Shown: piece after piece, positions 51,024-64,000 of the stretch | How the letters are laid out: each line of letters begins with the position of its first letter | Numbering within the stretch: the first letter of the stretch is position 1 | Assembly: GCF_001194135.2 (NCBI RefSeq) | Contig: NC_068985.1 | Location: 112,510,643 to 112,574,642 of the forward strand | Direction of reading: 5' to 3' | DNA from: Octopus bimaculoides | Lineage: Eukaryota | Length of the DNA stretch: 64,000 bases | Translations under genes and position numbers: made by a program | Notes under the pieces: model-generated | Databases searched by the model: none | What the model saw: the letters and a program-made list of their open reading frames with translations, nothing else | Told to the model about the DNA's origin: nothing

Positions 51024-54000
51024 CTGCGCCTATACACACACATAGTACTTGCATCTCAGGATATATGTGAATATAGTTGACATGCGTGAAGCTGAGAAGC
51101 CATGGAGTGAATCATCGACATTACATAAATAAATACCAGGAGCAGGCATGGACGGCTATGTAGCTGAGGAAGTTCACATCACAACCACGTGGTTCCGAGT
51201 TCGAACTTCACTCGTAACACTTTCAACCATAAGTTTTCTACAACGTTATGAGTTCAGCTAAAATACTTAGCACGTTTCTAGACAGAAACTGAACACATCA
51301 TAGACACTAACGTGTGTGTGTGTGTCCTTGTCTGAAGTTTATTCTATGTCCTTGGGCGGTTTGACAAACAGAGATCGATAAAGCAAGCACTACTTTCAAT
51401 TAATATTGAACCGATATGATTGACTGATCCCTCCAAGGCAATGCCTCTTGGACACCCTCCAATAACTGAAATCAATAACTGTGTGCGTGTGTGTGTGTGT
51501 GTGATAGTTTTAATGTGCACTCTTCCAAGAATTCATGAGGCGGACAGAGTTCATTGAGGCAGATTTTCAATCCCTGGATGCCCCTCATGTCGTCAATCCT
51601 TAACCATTTCCGAGCAAGGTAATATTTCCCCATGGCCAGGACATGTTTCCGCCGAATACTGGAAATGAATGACATTCATCTACAACAATTACACGATGTC
51701 AAGAGAAGAATACACACGCACATTTCTTCTAGTAAATCCATTCACAAGGCTTTGGTCGGCCAGGGGCTACAGTAGAAAACACTCGTCTAAAGTACCAGCA
51801 GCGGAGTTCAACTCATTCAGCTGATCTAATTTGTCAACGCAAGGTACTAAATACATGTTATAGCGTGTATTCCATTTGAACTGAATTTCTTTGCCTCGTA
51901 ACCCAGCTTTCGTTTCATGTCACTGCGATCTTCAGGTGAGAACTGATGATTTCAGTGGCATAAAACTCGAGTTAAAAGGCAAAGAAATCTAGTTTGAATA
52001 CACACTTCTCTTTCTCTCTCACTCACACTAACCGATAAGTAAAACGAACTCTGATGTATACGCACTAAATACAGACTTTAATCATTCACATAGAAACATA
52101 ATCATCAGCTAATTACAAAGATGTTGAGACATTCATTCTTTTGCCTGTTTTGGTAACAAGTTGACTGAATATGGACGGACGAATTTAGTCTACAACCGCT
52201 AAAACTAAACAGTACTTAGTTTTACCAATTCTACAGTTAATAGTAACGTTGCTGTATGAAAAAAAAAAGAAAAAAAGTTCCAAATGTAACCTGGCTTTTA
52301 TTCTGACATAGTACATATCTAAAACTACACTATCCAGTGTAGCTTTCTCCAAGGTATTTATATGTGGCTGTTCGACCTGCAAGAAAATAGCAGCCAAATC
52401 TCCTTCAAATCGCTTTCCCATCTTGGAATAGGATAGATACTCTTGTTAGATGTGGTACTGATTTACCCGAACGACGAGATAAAGACAGGATAGTCGTAGT
52501 TGGAATGGCTTTGATCACATAGATCTGGTCGATCAGGACCAACTAATGGCGAAGCAATTTTCGGTTGCTCTATCACCCAACTCCGAGCGCCAAAATAGTC
52601 CCTGTGGCTGCTAGACCCGGTAGAAATATCAGCCAAAAATCCCGTTGTCTTAACAGAGGAAGCAGAACATGATTTGAGGGCTATTTAACTATTATTATTA
52701 GCAAGTCGAACGATCATGTAGAGGCTTGTTCTTTGCTTTGCTAAGTGTGTATGCATATGTATGTATGCCATGCCGGTAGTGCGTCTGTGTAAGCATGTGA
52801 GAGAATGATGTGTATAGTTGTATGAAAGAAATGTGAGATATGTGTAAAAAAAAATGTTACATGTGATGTATGTTTGTGTGTTGTACGTATAAAATGTGTG
52901 TGTGTGTGTGTGTGTGTGCATATAGGACTGTGCGAGTGTGACATTATACGACCCGTCAAGATTTTTTTTTTATTAAGAAAAAATTGCTGACTTTTTTTTC
53001 ATAAGTGGTTTCGTTACATTAGTAACTTAGCCTCAGGCTTTCTACTCTGATCTGACAGACCTATGACCAAATATGTTCCAGCCGTGACAATCCCGTCCTT
53101 TCATCACAGTATATCGACAGTTATATTATTCAGGGAGATGTAGCAGCTATTTCTAGCAAATCAAATGCTGCAGCTAATGCTCAGTTCTGACTCATTTGTA
53201 AAGTGTTTGGTCAGGCGTTGTCGTTGTTTAACCAAGGGTCAGCCTCGACGGTCTAGATCTATGATCAATGGTAGCTGTCCTTCCCCGCTTATTTATTTTC
53301 CATACATAAGTACATCTCAGACAACATTAACTAATGTGACTTCATTTCAAAATAGGGTATGACGAGGACAATTTGGCTGCTATTTCTACCATGTCAAGCT
53401 AACGTAAAGATTCCTTTTTTTTGGACTAGGGGTGGGGGTGAGATGGGTTTAAAATAATTTGGTCCTCATCAATCAAACCTTATCATAAAGGAAATCCAGA
53501 CACGACCACCCTGCCTTCTGTTCTGCTGGAAACCCAGCAACCACTAATTTTTCTAAGACGATAAATTGAGATTTGAGGGAAATTTGGCTGCTTTTTCTAG
53601 CGTGTCAACAGCCATATCCTCATTCTTAGGCTCGCAGATACAAATGTGGTTATCAGAGCTTACATTGCGACTGACACCTCTACACCAGCCACAGTATATG
53701 AAAAAAAAAAAAATGTGCTACAACAAACACAATGTGATGGTGACACGAGGTGAAAAATGGTACCACATTTTGGCATTATTTTGTTTAATGATCATAAAAT
53801 GTGATCAGCAATGTGAGACGGACATTGTCGAATAGGTACCCCCACTCCCACCGTTCCTTCCAACCAAAAAAAAATTCATCAGATTCCCATGCTTTCAACA
53901 AAAGACTTGCCATATTGCCAAAAAGAAAAAGCTTCTTAAATTTTAATATTTTCTTCNNNNNNNNNNNNNNNNNNNNNNNNNNNNNNNNNNNNNNNNNNNN

Positions 54001-55540
54001 NNNNNNNNNNNNNNNNNNNNNNNNNNNNNNNNNNNNNNNNNNNNNNNNNNNNNNNNNNNNNNNNNNNNNNNNNNNNNNNNNNNNNNNNNNNNNNNNNNNN
54101 NNNNNNNNNNNNNNNNNNNNNNNNNNNNNNNNNNNNNNNNNNNNNNNNNNNNNNNNNNNNNNNNNNNNNNNNNNNNNNNNNNNNNNNNNNNNNNNNNNNN
54201 NNNNNNNNNNNNNNNNNNNNNNNNNNNNNNNNNNNNNNNNNNNNNNNNNNNNNNNNNNNNNNNNNNNNNNNNNNNNNNNNNNNNNNNNNNNNNNNNNNNN
54301 NNNNNNNNNNNNNNNNNNNNNNNNNNNNNNNNNNNNNNNNNNNNNNNNNNNNNNNNNNNNNNNNNNNNNNNNNNNNNNNNNNNNNNNNNNNNNNNNNNNN
54401 NNNNNNNNNNNNNNNNNNNNNNNNNNNNNNNNNNNNNNNNNNNNNNNNNNNNNNNNNNNNNNNNNNNNNNNNNNNNNNNNNNNNNNNNNNNNNNNNNNNN
54501 NNNNNNNNNNNNNNNNNNNNNNNNNNNNNNNNNNNNNNNNNNNNNNNNNNNNNNNNNNNNNNNNNNNNNNNNNNNNNNNNNNNNNNNNNNNNNNNNNNNN
54601 NNNNNNNNNNNNNNNNNNNNNNNNNTCCAGGTGTAAGGAAAAAAATGTAGCTACCCCTCCTCCTCCTCTTCATGGATTCCATTCACTAAAGATTGAAACT
54701 ATCCACTCGAACCACCAAGAGGAATAGTTAATGAATGAACCTCTCGAATTGCTAGAAACGGCAGCCAAAATCTCACTCAATTTTACAAAATATAACACAT
54801 CTCAAGTTATCTTAGGTTTCTTGTACATTAGAAATAAAAGTAAAGAAAAAAAAAACGACACAGAATGGTGACGACTGGAATACTTTTCATCATATGGTTG
54901 TCTACTACAGGAGGACTGGCCGAGGGCTAAACGACAACAACACCCAATGAGAAGAACATTTACGCAGTCGATTCACTTGCCAGAAATAATAGCCAAATCT
55001 CACGAAAAACTGCCAATCTGTCTTAAAATGGAAACATTTGGTAATATTTCTTTGTGTGTGTGTGTGTGTGTATTATGTTTGTGTGTGTGTGTGTGTGTAT
55101 ATACACACACACGCACACACACACACACACAAAAGACAGGATGGCCGAAGATAGAACTACCTTTGACCAAAGGACTGTTCGATCAGGGTTAACCTAGGGT
55201 TAAATAAGAATCTGATATAGATCTGTTGGTTTTCCTTCGTTTTAACCCGTATAAAAGTCAAACTCGATCACATGGGATATGATTCTTCGTTAACATTCCC
55301 CTTATATTTAACTAGCTAAAGCATAAATGCCACAACACCGCCTTAACCGTCTCTCTCCCAGACAGACAACTGACGTGTGGCTATAAAAAAGAAAAACGTT
55401 TGTGTGCGTGTTTTTAAACGTTACTTTGTGTGTGTGTGTGTGTGAAGATACGCAGGAGACTCGAGTATTGAATATACAGTTTTACTCATCCGAAGTTGAT
55501 GACTCATTCATTCACTACTCCGAGTTTATCCATACATATT

Positions 55541-55571
<31 letters not shown>

Positions 55572-55974
55572 GTGTGTGTGCGTGTGTGTGTGCGTGCGTG
55601 TGTTAAAGTTACTCAAACGAGAGACGAAAGTCCTCAAATACACTTAAAATTTGATTCGTTCTTCGGTACTAGGCACATATGTGTAGATTGCCGTATATTC
55701 TATATCGGTGTGTGTGTGTGTGTGTGTGTACGCGCAGAAATACATCATCAATTATTTTATAAAGGCTAACACTAAAATCTTGGGCCAGTTCCAGACGAGG
55801 TTAGAACGTAGAACGAAGTGTCTGTCACATGATCAGAAGGTACACCTTAAACGCCGAAGTAACTTGAACAGTCAACGCCAACACAATCTTAATGTAATAA
55901 TAGTGTTTATTTAACTAGCACGGTGGTGGTAGTGGTGGTAGTACTAATAATACTTAGTGGTGTCGGTGAAGATG

Positions 55975-56429
55975 GTGCGTAATTGTTGACTGTGTGTATG
56001 TAATTCTTACAGTAGTGATGGCTGTGTGTGTATGTGTGTGTGTGTGTAATTGGTATGAGTGGTCGTGTGTATACGTGTAATTCTTATAGTACTGTTAGCG
56101 GCTGGATGTATGAGTTTGTGTGTTATTCTTATAGTAGTTGTGATCGCCGTGTGTGTAATTCTCATTGTAATAGTGATGGTAGCTGTGTGTGTGTGTGTGT
56201 GTGTAATTCTGACGGTACTGTTGGCGGTTGTGTTGTGTATGTAATTGCGTGTGTGTGAGTGTAATTCATACAGCAATGATGTGCGTGTATTTCTTGCAAT
56301 AGTAAAGGTGGCGGTGGTTGTGCGTGAGTATGTGTGTAATTCATACGGTGGTGGTGGTGGTGGTGACTGAGTGTGTGTGTGTGTGTAATACATAGCCGTA
56401 GTGGTAGTGATGTGCATCTGTGTAACTAG

Positions 56430-56460
<31 letters not shown>

Positions 56461-56800
56461 GTGTATATGTGTTTGTACAACTGCTTCGGTAGTGGAGGTG
56501 GCGGTAGCATTTATATGTAATTGTCACGATGTGCATGTGTGTAATTGGTCTATGAGTAGTTGTCTATATATATGTGTGTGCGCGTGTGTGTGTAATTGTG
56601 ACGATGGTGCTAGTGATGAGAGTACATTTAATTTGATAGTTCTGGCGGTGTATGTAATTGTCACGGTCGTGGTGGTGGTGGTGGCGGAGATGACGGCGGT
56701 AGTTGCGTGTGTAATTGGTGGTATTAACAGTTGGAGGTGATGTGCTTGTATTGTTTAGTGGTGGTATGTTTAACTCATGGTTCCGCATGTGTAATATATA
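55975..56800. repeat. Degenerate array anchored on GTGTAATT(C/G)
   Basis: About 15-19 recurrences separated by variable (GT)n/(GGT)n spacers. Confidence 0.7.
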
Positions 56801-57072
56801 CACGTACACACATTACAAACAAACGCACATGTATAAATATACAAACATACGCACGTACTCATACAATCACGCACACACGTACATCTGAGTGTTTAAATTC
56901 CTATGGTCTTGGCGGCAGTGTATGTTTAACCGTATGTTTCTCTACGCATGTGTGTGTATATATGTTACAGTTGGTATGTTTGGTAGTGTGCTTGACTATC
57001 AATGTTGGTTAGTAATGTATGGAGTTTAAAAACGACTTTGGTCGTAGAGGTGGCGGTAGCAGTTGAATGTAC

Positions 57073-57127
<55 letters not shown>

Positions 57128-57183
57128 GAAATCAGTCGTATACATGTTATAAGCATGGATGTGAGAAACACCATGTATGTATG

Positions 57184-57218
<35 letters not shown>

Positions 57219-58443
57219 ACCTGTACAAGTGTGTATATGAATGTAATGATGCCAGAGTAAGCGTATGTTTATGTACCTACGTAAGTGTGTGTGTGTGTGT
57301 GCAAAAGTGTTTATGTGCCTGTCAATATACACACTATGTTGATACCTTCAACGAAGAGGACACGTTACACACAAAGAGATGGAAATGTTGAGTGAAGGGG
57401 CACTTCGCAAATAAATCTATTTCCTGCAACGGCTACTGTACTAGAATGTAGTTGGTAGGGTTCAACACCAGAACCCCTTTAAATACAAACTGTGAATCTG
57501 CCAAGCTGGTATCCACCTATCTTAGTTTATATACACCAACATGCTATACTTTATTAGATATACACATGCTATCATAGTGTGTGTGTGTGTATCTATATAT
57601 ATATATATATATATATATAGGTTTCTTAAGTACTAATACATGAAATTCTAGGCTCTTAAGTCACTCTGTAATTTCAGTCAATATTATATATATTCACACG
57701 CACACCTATATGAACCAGTGAGAAGATGGCTTAGTGGTCGGGTGCCTTGTTAAAAAGAACAGCCAATTTTACTTCAAATCACACCTTATGGTCTAAAAAC
57801 TAAACATAAAAAGAAGTGGTGGTCATGGCTATGGTACCTTTGATCATCGATATGTTTGTTTTAATCAAAGGTGATCGCCAAATATACATGAATAGTAAAT
57901 TGTTCAAATTGGCTGACCTAAAGTCTAAAGAACAAAAACGTACGTTTGCACAAATACCTATAGTTATTTAACCCCAGGTCAGCTCCCATCGAGTAGACTT
58001 TTATTTAAGATATGCCAACTACGACTATCCTATCTTTGTAATGTGTCCTATCCATATACAAAAACGCTAGGTTACGATTTGAGGTAGATTTGGCTGTTGC
58101 TTCTAACAAGCCGAGCTACTATACACAGGCTCTCTCTCATTCGAATGAGTGAGTATATACAATATTGCGGACACGTGTGTGTGTGTGTGTGTGTGTGTGA
58201 ATATGTGTTTACAGATATTTCTGTTTATAAATACATGTAACTCACGCATACAAGACCGATAGCGTGTATATTATCTAAAAGATAGATGTCTGTGAGCCCA
58301 TGTGTATAAAACGTATTTTGTTTATGCGTGAGTATATGGACGGACACACAGTGTGTATGTGTATATATATATACAGAGAGAGAGAGAGGACAATAGTCCA
58401 TGTGTGCATTTTTACGTGTCTATGGGTATATATAATATGTATA

Positions 58444-58480
<37 letters not shown>

Positions 58481-59242
58481 GAGTTGAGAGAAATTCATGC
58501 GTGTTATGTGTGTGTAATTCATGCGTATAAGATATGCGTGTATGTATGTATGTATGTGTATATATTCTGTGCAATTCACACGTATGTGCTGTGTATATTC
58601 AGATACACATGACTGATGGACAGGAGAAGCGGTAGAAAAGCGGTGGTGGTTGAAATTAGGTAGACGTAGTATAGAGACAAAGGAGGGGGACACACTAACA
58701 TACACACACACACACATATATATATATTTATGGACAGTTGTCTTAGAGAGCTAAAAGAGTTGTAGTCATTCTTTCTTTCTTCTACATACACACACACATA
58801 TATATATATATAATATATATATATTATAAACATAGTTAATCTCATATACATACACATATTCCGTAAGCAGTACCCATTAAATTAAGGTACCTGAGCAGAT
58901 GAGAGAACATTAAGGTGGTCGCACAACGTGCAAAATATAGCAGCCAAAACGTACATTAGCATCTTGATTAAAAAAAAAAGGAACTGAACAACTTTCGTAT
59001 AAAATGATGGGATAGTCATGGCGGGAAGTTCTTTGATGTAAGGTTTAGTGAATGTGAGTTGACTTAGGGCTAAAGAACACCTTTTTGATATATATATTCA
59101 CACTTTGTACAAAGAGGAAGTTAGTGGTGGTGTAATTATTAAAGAGGTAGGGGGTGTCTGACACGAGAAAAAGGCTTCAAGAGGTAAGTCGTGTGTGGAT
59201 AGATAGATAGATAGACAGACAGATAGATATAGTTAGACAGTC

Positions 59243-59620
59243 AGAAGAAAGATAGAGGTAGATAGACAGACAGAAGAAAGAAAGAGGTAGATAGACAGAC
59301 AGAAGAAAGAAAGAGGTAGATAGACAGACAGAAGAAAGATAGAGGTAGATAGACAGACAGAAGAAAGATAGAGGTAGATAGACAGACAGAAGAAAGATAG
59401 AGGTAGATAGACAGACAGAAGAAAGAAAGAGGTAGATAGACAGACAGAAGAAAGATAGAGGTAGATAGACAGACAGAAGAAAGATAGAGGTAGATAGACA
59501 GACAGAAGAAAGATAGAGGTAGATAGACAGACAGAAGAAAGATAGAGGTAGATAGACAGACAGAAGAAAGATAGAGGTAGATAGACAGACAGAAGAAAGA
59601 TAGAGGTAGATAAGATAGAC
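59243..59620 (+). repeat. 29-bp minisatellite, 12 full units plus a partial unit
   Basis: AGAAGAAAG(A)(T/A)AGAGGTAGATAGACAGAC; the units differ at a single site. Confidence 0.95.
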
Positions 59621-59941
59621 AAAAGAAAGATATATATAGGATAGACAGAAGAAAGACATAGGTAGCTAGATAGACAGAAAAATGTTATACACAGGATAGA
59701 CAGAAGATATACGTAGCTAGCGAGCTAGATAAATAGACAACCAACTAAGCACTGTGTGTAAAAATAAGATATTTGAAGGGGTTTAATCGAATAACAAACA
59801 ATAGGGGAAAGAGAAAAAGATATAAATGAAGAATAGATACACAGATGGTGCCAAAATACAGAGAAACGACACATATAGGGAGGTGGGGAAAGAAGAGTCT
59901 CCCTTCCTCCGGATCAATGAAAAAAGCAAGTGTACACTTAC

Positions 59942-60038
59942 TGTTTTTAACCGGCCTCACAGCCTTGGTTAAGATTTTCTGGATAGTTGAAATATCCTGG
60001 TTTTTAATAGCGTTGGTTAAATCCTGGTCTTTTCCCAT
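59942..60038 (-). CDS. CASKIN: First coding exon of a Caskin (CASK-interacting ankyrin/SH3/SAM scaffold) ortholog
   Basis: ATG at 60038 has a strong context (ACAATGG). The translation MGKDQDLTNAIKNQDISTIQKILTKAVRPVKN aligns with the recalled vertebrate Caskin start [25 protein letters not shown] better than with ANKS1 (MGKEQELLEAARTG). The exon ends in phase 1 at a canonical donor A|GTAAGT (59941-59936), and similarity stops there. Confidence 0.85.
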
Positions 60039-61812
60039 TGTAAAACAATATTAATTCACTATACACACTTTGGTAGGTGGAGAAAATATAGCACAGATTG
60101 GGTGTAATGTATGTGTAATTATTATACACAATGCACTACAGATATATATGTATATAATATATATATATATATATATGCTTTGTTTAGAAATATATTTTAT
60201 ATNNNNNNNNNNGTTACAAAACTTTTTTTTTTTTTTTTTTATTACATTGGGAAAAAAAATTAGTATGTTGTCTGTATGTGTGTATATGTATTTGTATATA
60301 ATATATATGTGTGTATATGTGTACGTGTTTTATACATGCGGGTGGATGCGCGGAGTACTTCTTTCCTTGTAAGGTGGTTTTATTATTTTTGGTTTTGTTA
60401 AAATATTCCCAATTCCTGGAAAAAACCTTGACGAAGTGGATACATTTCCGGCTGAAGACAGATATTCCAAGAAGTTTTTAACCATTTACCTAACAAAGGT
60501 AAATTGGTAAAGATGCTTTATAAGAACCAGATGGGGCAGAGGTGTATTTAAAAGAAACCGTAGGCAAAAAATTACAAATTAATATTTATATAAAGATATA
60601 ATTTAGGTGGTAAAATTTAAAGAAACCAATATATTATTGTAGTTAAGAAATAAACCCCCCCATAAAAAAATAAAAATAACTTTTTTTCAAGTTTCGAAAT
60701 AGTACATGTGTATGTATGTATGTGTCACATGAGATGTTGTAATCGTTAATATCGGCGGAGTTGGTGGCGTTAAGTAAGGTTTATTATCCGAAACCCTTAA
60801 CATAGCTGTTGGTATCTTGGTTTCCGTTTAGTGTGTAAAATCAGAGTGGTCAAAAGCGGTTGGGAAAAGCGGGCGAAAGCAGTCCAGTTCTCCATGGTAG
60901 AAAGAATATTATTATTATTATTATTATTATTATTGTTGCTGTTGTTGTTATATCGAAGGACACACACGACCTTTTTTACTGAAGCAGCACCACAAGCAGT
61001 GTGACTTAGTCACAGAAAAGTATCCAGCTAGAAACAACAGCAGCAGCAGCAGCGGTAGAAGCAGGAGGAGGGCACGTTGGTGACACACACAGAAAACTCG
61101 TAACCCAAACTGTCTCTCTTTATAACAGCTCTTTTACATTCCGCTTAATAAAAGAAAAAAGACTGGAAAACCCAAACTAAAATATATCGGACCGGCAAAT
61201 GTAAAAAATATAGTTGAATTATTAAAAAGGAAACTTTTTTTATATCCCTCCAATGTCTTGATAAATTCCTTATTCTAATAATAAAGATTTCTATCTACAT
61301 ACACTTGTATATGTGTGTATGTAACGTGTGTTCTTCTCGGTGGCTATGTGTGTGTGTGTGTGTGTGTGTGTTTGTTTGTATCAATCAACGTGTTTGAATG
61401 CAGTTGTTTTATTAGCAATGTGTAATATTAAATGTGTGCGTGTGTCTCTATAAACATGTGCGTTTATTTGTAAATGCCTACCATCTGTGTGTATGCGTAT
61501 GTATCAACTTGTTTATTTGTAAATGCGTGCGTTTACCATGTGTATCTATTAGTAAATATGCTTATTGTGTCTGTGCATCGATATGTGTGTTTGTGTGCGT
61601 GTGTGTGTGTGTGTTTATTAGGAGTGCGCCGTTAAGTTACGGATTATTTATTTGTAGGACTTTTTTCTTCTTTCTTTTCATCAATAAAACACTTGGAAAT
61701 TTTTCGTTGTTATTTATGAATCTTGGAAACCTATAGTAACTTCCTTGTTGTCATTAATAACTCCAGAGACAATGTAAAGAAGAACGAAACAGAAAAACAA
61801 AAATATGCATTA

Positions 61813-61848
<36 letters not shown>

Positions 61849-62450
61849 NNNNNNNNNNNNNNNNNNNNNNNNNNNNNNNNNNNNNNNNNNNNNNNNNNNN
61901 NNNNNNNNNNNNNNNNNNNNNNNNNNNNNNNNNNNNNNNNNNNNNNNNNNNNNNNNNNNNNNNNNNNNNNNNNNNNNNNNNNNNNNNNNNNNNNNNNNNN
62001 NNNNNNNNNNNNNNNNNNNNNNNNNNNNNNNNNNNNNNNNNNNNNNNNNNNNNNNNNNNNNNNNNNNNNNNNNNNNNNNNNNNNNNNNNNNNNNNNNNNN
62101 NNNNNNNNNNNNNNNNNNNNNNNNNNNNNNNNNNNNNNNNNNNNNNNNNNNNNNNNNNNNNNNNNNNNNNNNNNNNNNNNNNNNNNNNNNNNNNNNNNNN
62201 NNNNNNNNNNNNNNNNNNNNNNNNNNNNNNNNNNNNNNNNNNNNNNNNNNNNNNNNNNNNNNNNNNNNNNNNNNNNNNNNNNNNNNNNNNNNNNNNNNNN
62301 NNNNNNNNNNNNNNNNNNNNNNNNNNNNNNNNNNNNNNNNNNNNNNNNNNNNNNNNNNNNNNNNNNNNNNNNNNNNNNNNNNNNNNNNNNNNNNNNNNNN
62401 NNNNNNNNNNNNNNNNNNNNNNNNNNNNNNNNNNNNNNNNNNNNNNNNNA

Positions 62451-62530
62451 GCTCCAGTAAGTCAGCGCGCCTGCGCTCACCTCCAGCCAATCGAATCGAC
62501 TTACACTTTAGAAAGCGCGCACCTGCGATC
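62451..62530. promoter_or_regulatory. Candidate promoter element cluster upstream of the Caskin exon
   Basis: A CpG-rich patch with GCGCCTGCGC (NRF1-like, 62467-62476), AGCCAATC (CCAAT, 62485-62492) and CACCTG (62520-62525), 2.4 kb upstream of the ATG and next to a 600-bp gap. Confidence 0.35.
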
Positions 62531-62643
62531 TGGAAATTGACACTACTATGAATAACAATTTACACACGTAAGCACACACACACACACACGTTGCCTACGC
62601 ATGTATGTGTGTATGGGTGCGAGTACATAAATATAATACCACG

Positions 62644-62675
<32 letters not shown>

Positions 62676-63152
62676 TTATATATTTATATATTTATCTATG
62701 TGTAGACATATATGTAAACATCCATGTGTGTGTGTGAATATACATACATAGATAGTATTTTATCTTTTGTTTAAGGCTTCAGAGTGCAGCCGTGTTGGGG
62801 CACCACCTTGAGGTACTCATTTTCGTTAAACCTGGTACCGATTCATTCTGTCACTTTTTGCCGAACCGCTAACTTACGAGGATGTAAACAAACCAACGCC
62901 GGTTGCCAAGCGGTAGTGGGACACACACACACATACAAGCACACGACGGGCTTCTTTCAGTTTCCGCTCTACTAAATCCATTCACAAGGCTTTTGTCGGC
63001 CCATTGCTTATAGTAGAAGGCACTAACCCAAAGCGCCACTCGGTGGTCCTGAACACGAAACCATGTGACTGGAAAGCAGATTTCTAACCACACAACGACG
63101 AATATACAGATGTGTAGTGTGTATGTATTATGCATACACACTCATACATACA

Positions 63153-63188
<36 letters not shown>

Positions 63189-64000
63189 CCAGTCTGTATA
63201 TGTGTTTGTGCAGTCGATGTGTGTGAGTATGTTAGTATATGCTTGTGTACGTGCGTGCGAATTGTAGATACTTAAGTACACAAACTAATACAAATAGACA
63301 CTTCTACACACAGACGAGTACACATAATAGATAAACATTACTATCACACTCATACACACGCACACACACACACACACACCATATATTTATATATGTGTGT
63401 GTGTGTGGCCATGTGGTTAAGAAGCTTGCTATCCGGCCATGCTGTGTTGGTTTCAGTCCCAGTGCGTGGTACTTTAAAGTCAGTGTCCACTAGCGTAAGC
63501 GTTCTGAGTCGATTCAGTAGAAATGAAACTGAAAAAGAACTTGTGTATGTATGTATGTATGTGTGTGTGTGTGTGTGTGTGAAACTGCTACTCGTGGAAT
63601 TTATATGAAGCTAGTTGATGTATATCCCAAAGACACGTGTTGTCTTAATGTAATTTCTTAGAGCGATTTGCCATGACACTGACACGACCAGACCTTTAAA
63701 TAATAGACAGAGTCGAGAGAGAGGGAGAGAGAGAGAGAGAGACAAACAGACAGACGGACGAACAAAGAGTGTAGAAGGGGTAATTTACTCTAGTACCGGG
63801 TATTCGACTACTATCCTATTTGCGTACCCGAGAGGCATGAAAGCCGATCTCGGCCGGACTTGAACTCAGAGTGCAGAGACCCGGAACGATTACCGCAAAC
63901 TTATTGTACTCGACGCTTTAAAGATTCCGCCAATTCTCCGCATTCACATAATCACACACACACAGACACAGACACACACACACACACACACACACACACA

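Noticed and set aside
56007-56510. 167-aa Thr/His-rich ORF
   Set aside because: Low-complexity product of (CA)n/(ACC)n spacers with no domain similarity.
59177-59659. 160-aa and 129-aa ORFs with a 29-residue repeat
   Set aside because: They are translations of the 29-bp minisatellite; three units give 29 codons.

Overview
AT-rich, microsatellite-dense animal genomic DNA with about 15 N-gaps. The SINE and microsatellite content resembles octopus or another coleoid cephalopod; this is an inference from pattern recognition, not a database result. The only protein-coding sequence I can support is a 97-nt first coding exon on the minus strand (60038-59942, MGKDQDLTNAIKNQDISTIQKILTKAVRPVKN, phase-1 GTAAGT donor) matching the N-terminus of Caskin. 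I found no exon 2, so everything to the left is probably intron 1 (at least 59.9 kb). The intron holds at least four tRNA-headed SINE types, a LINE-3'-like family with a (GAT)n tail, hAT, piggyBac-like and mariner MITEs (several with exact TSDs), decayed mariner and LINE coding remnants, a tRNA-Phe pseudogene and several minisatellites. Almost all ORFs in the supplied track come from microsatellites, SINEs or gaps. The most interesting signals are (1) minimal type I hammerhead-ribozyme motifs in two Penelope-like repeat families, one arranged as an inverted pair; (2) a CpG-decay transition near 27-28 kb, supported by paired TE copies and lying next to a TE-poor island that may be an alternative promoter; and (3) piggyBac-like MITEs repeatedly joined head-to-tail at an internal TTAA. 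I found no convincing new multi-gene system.
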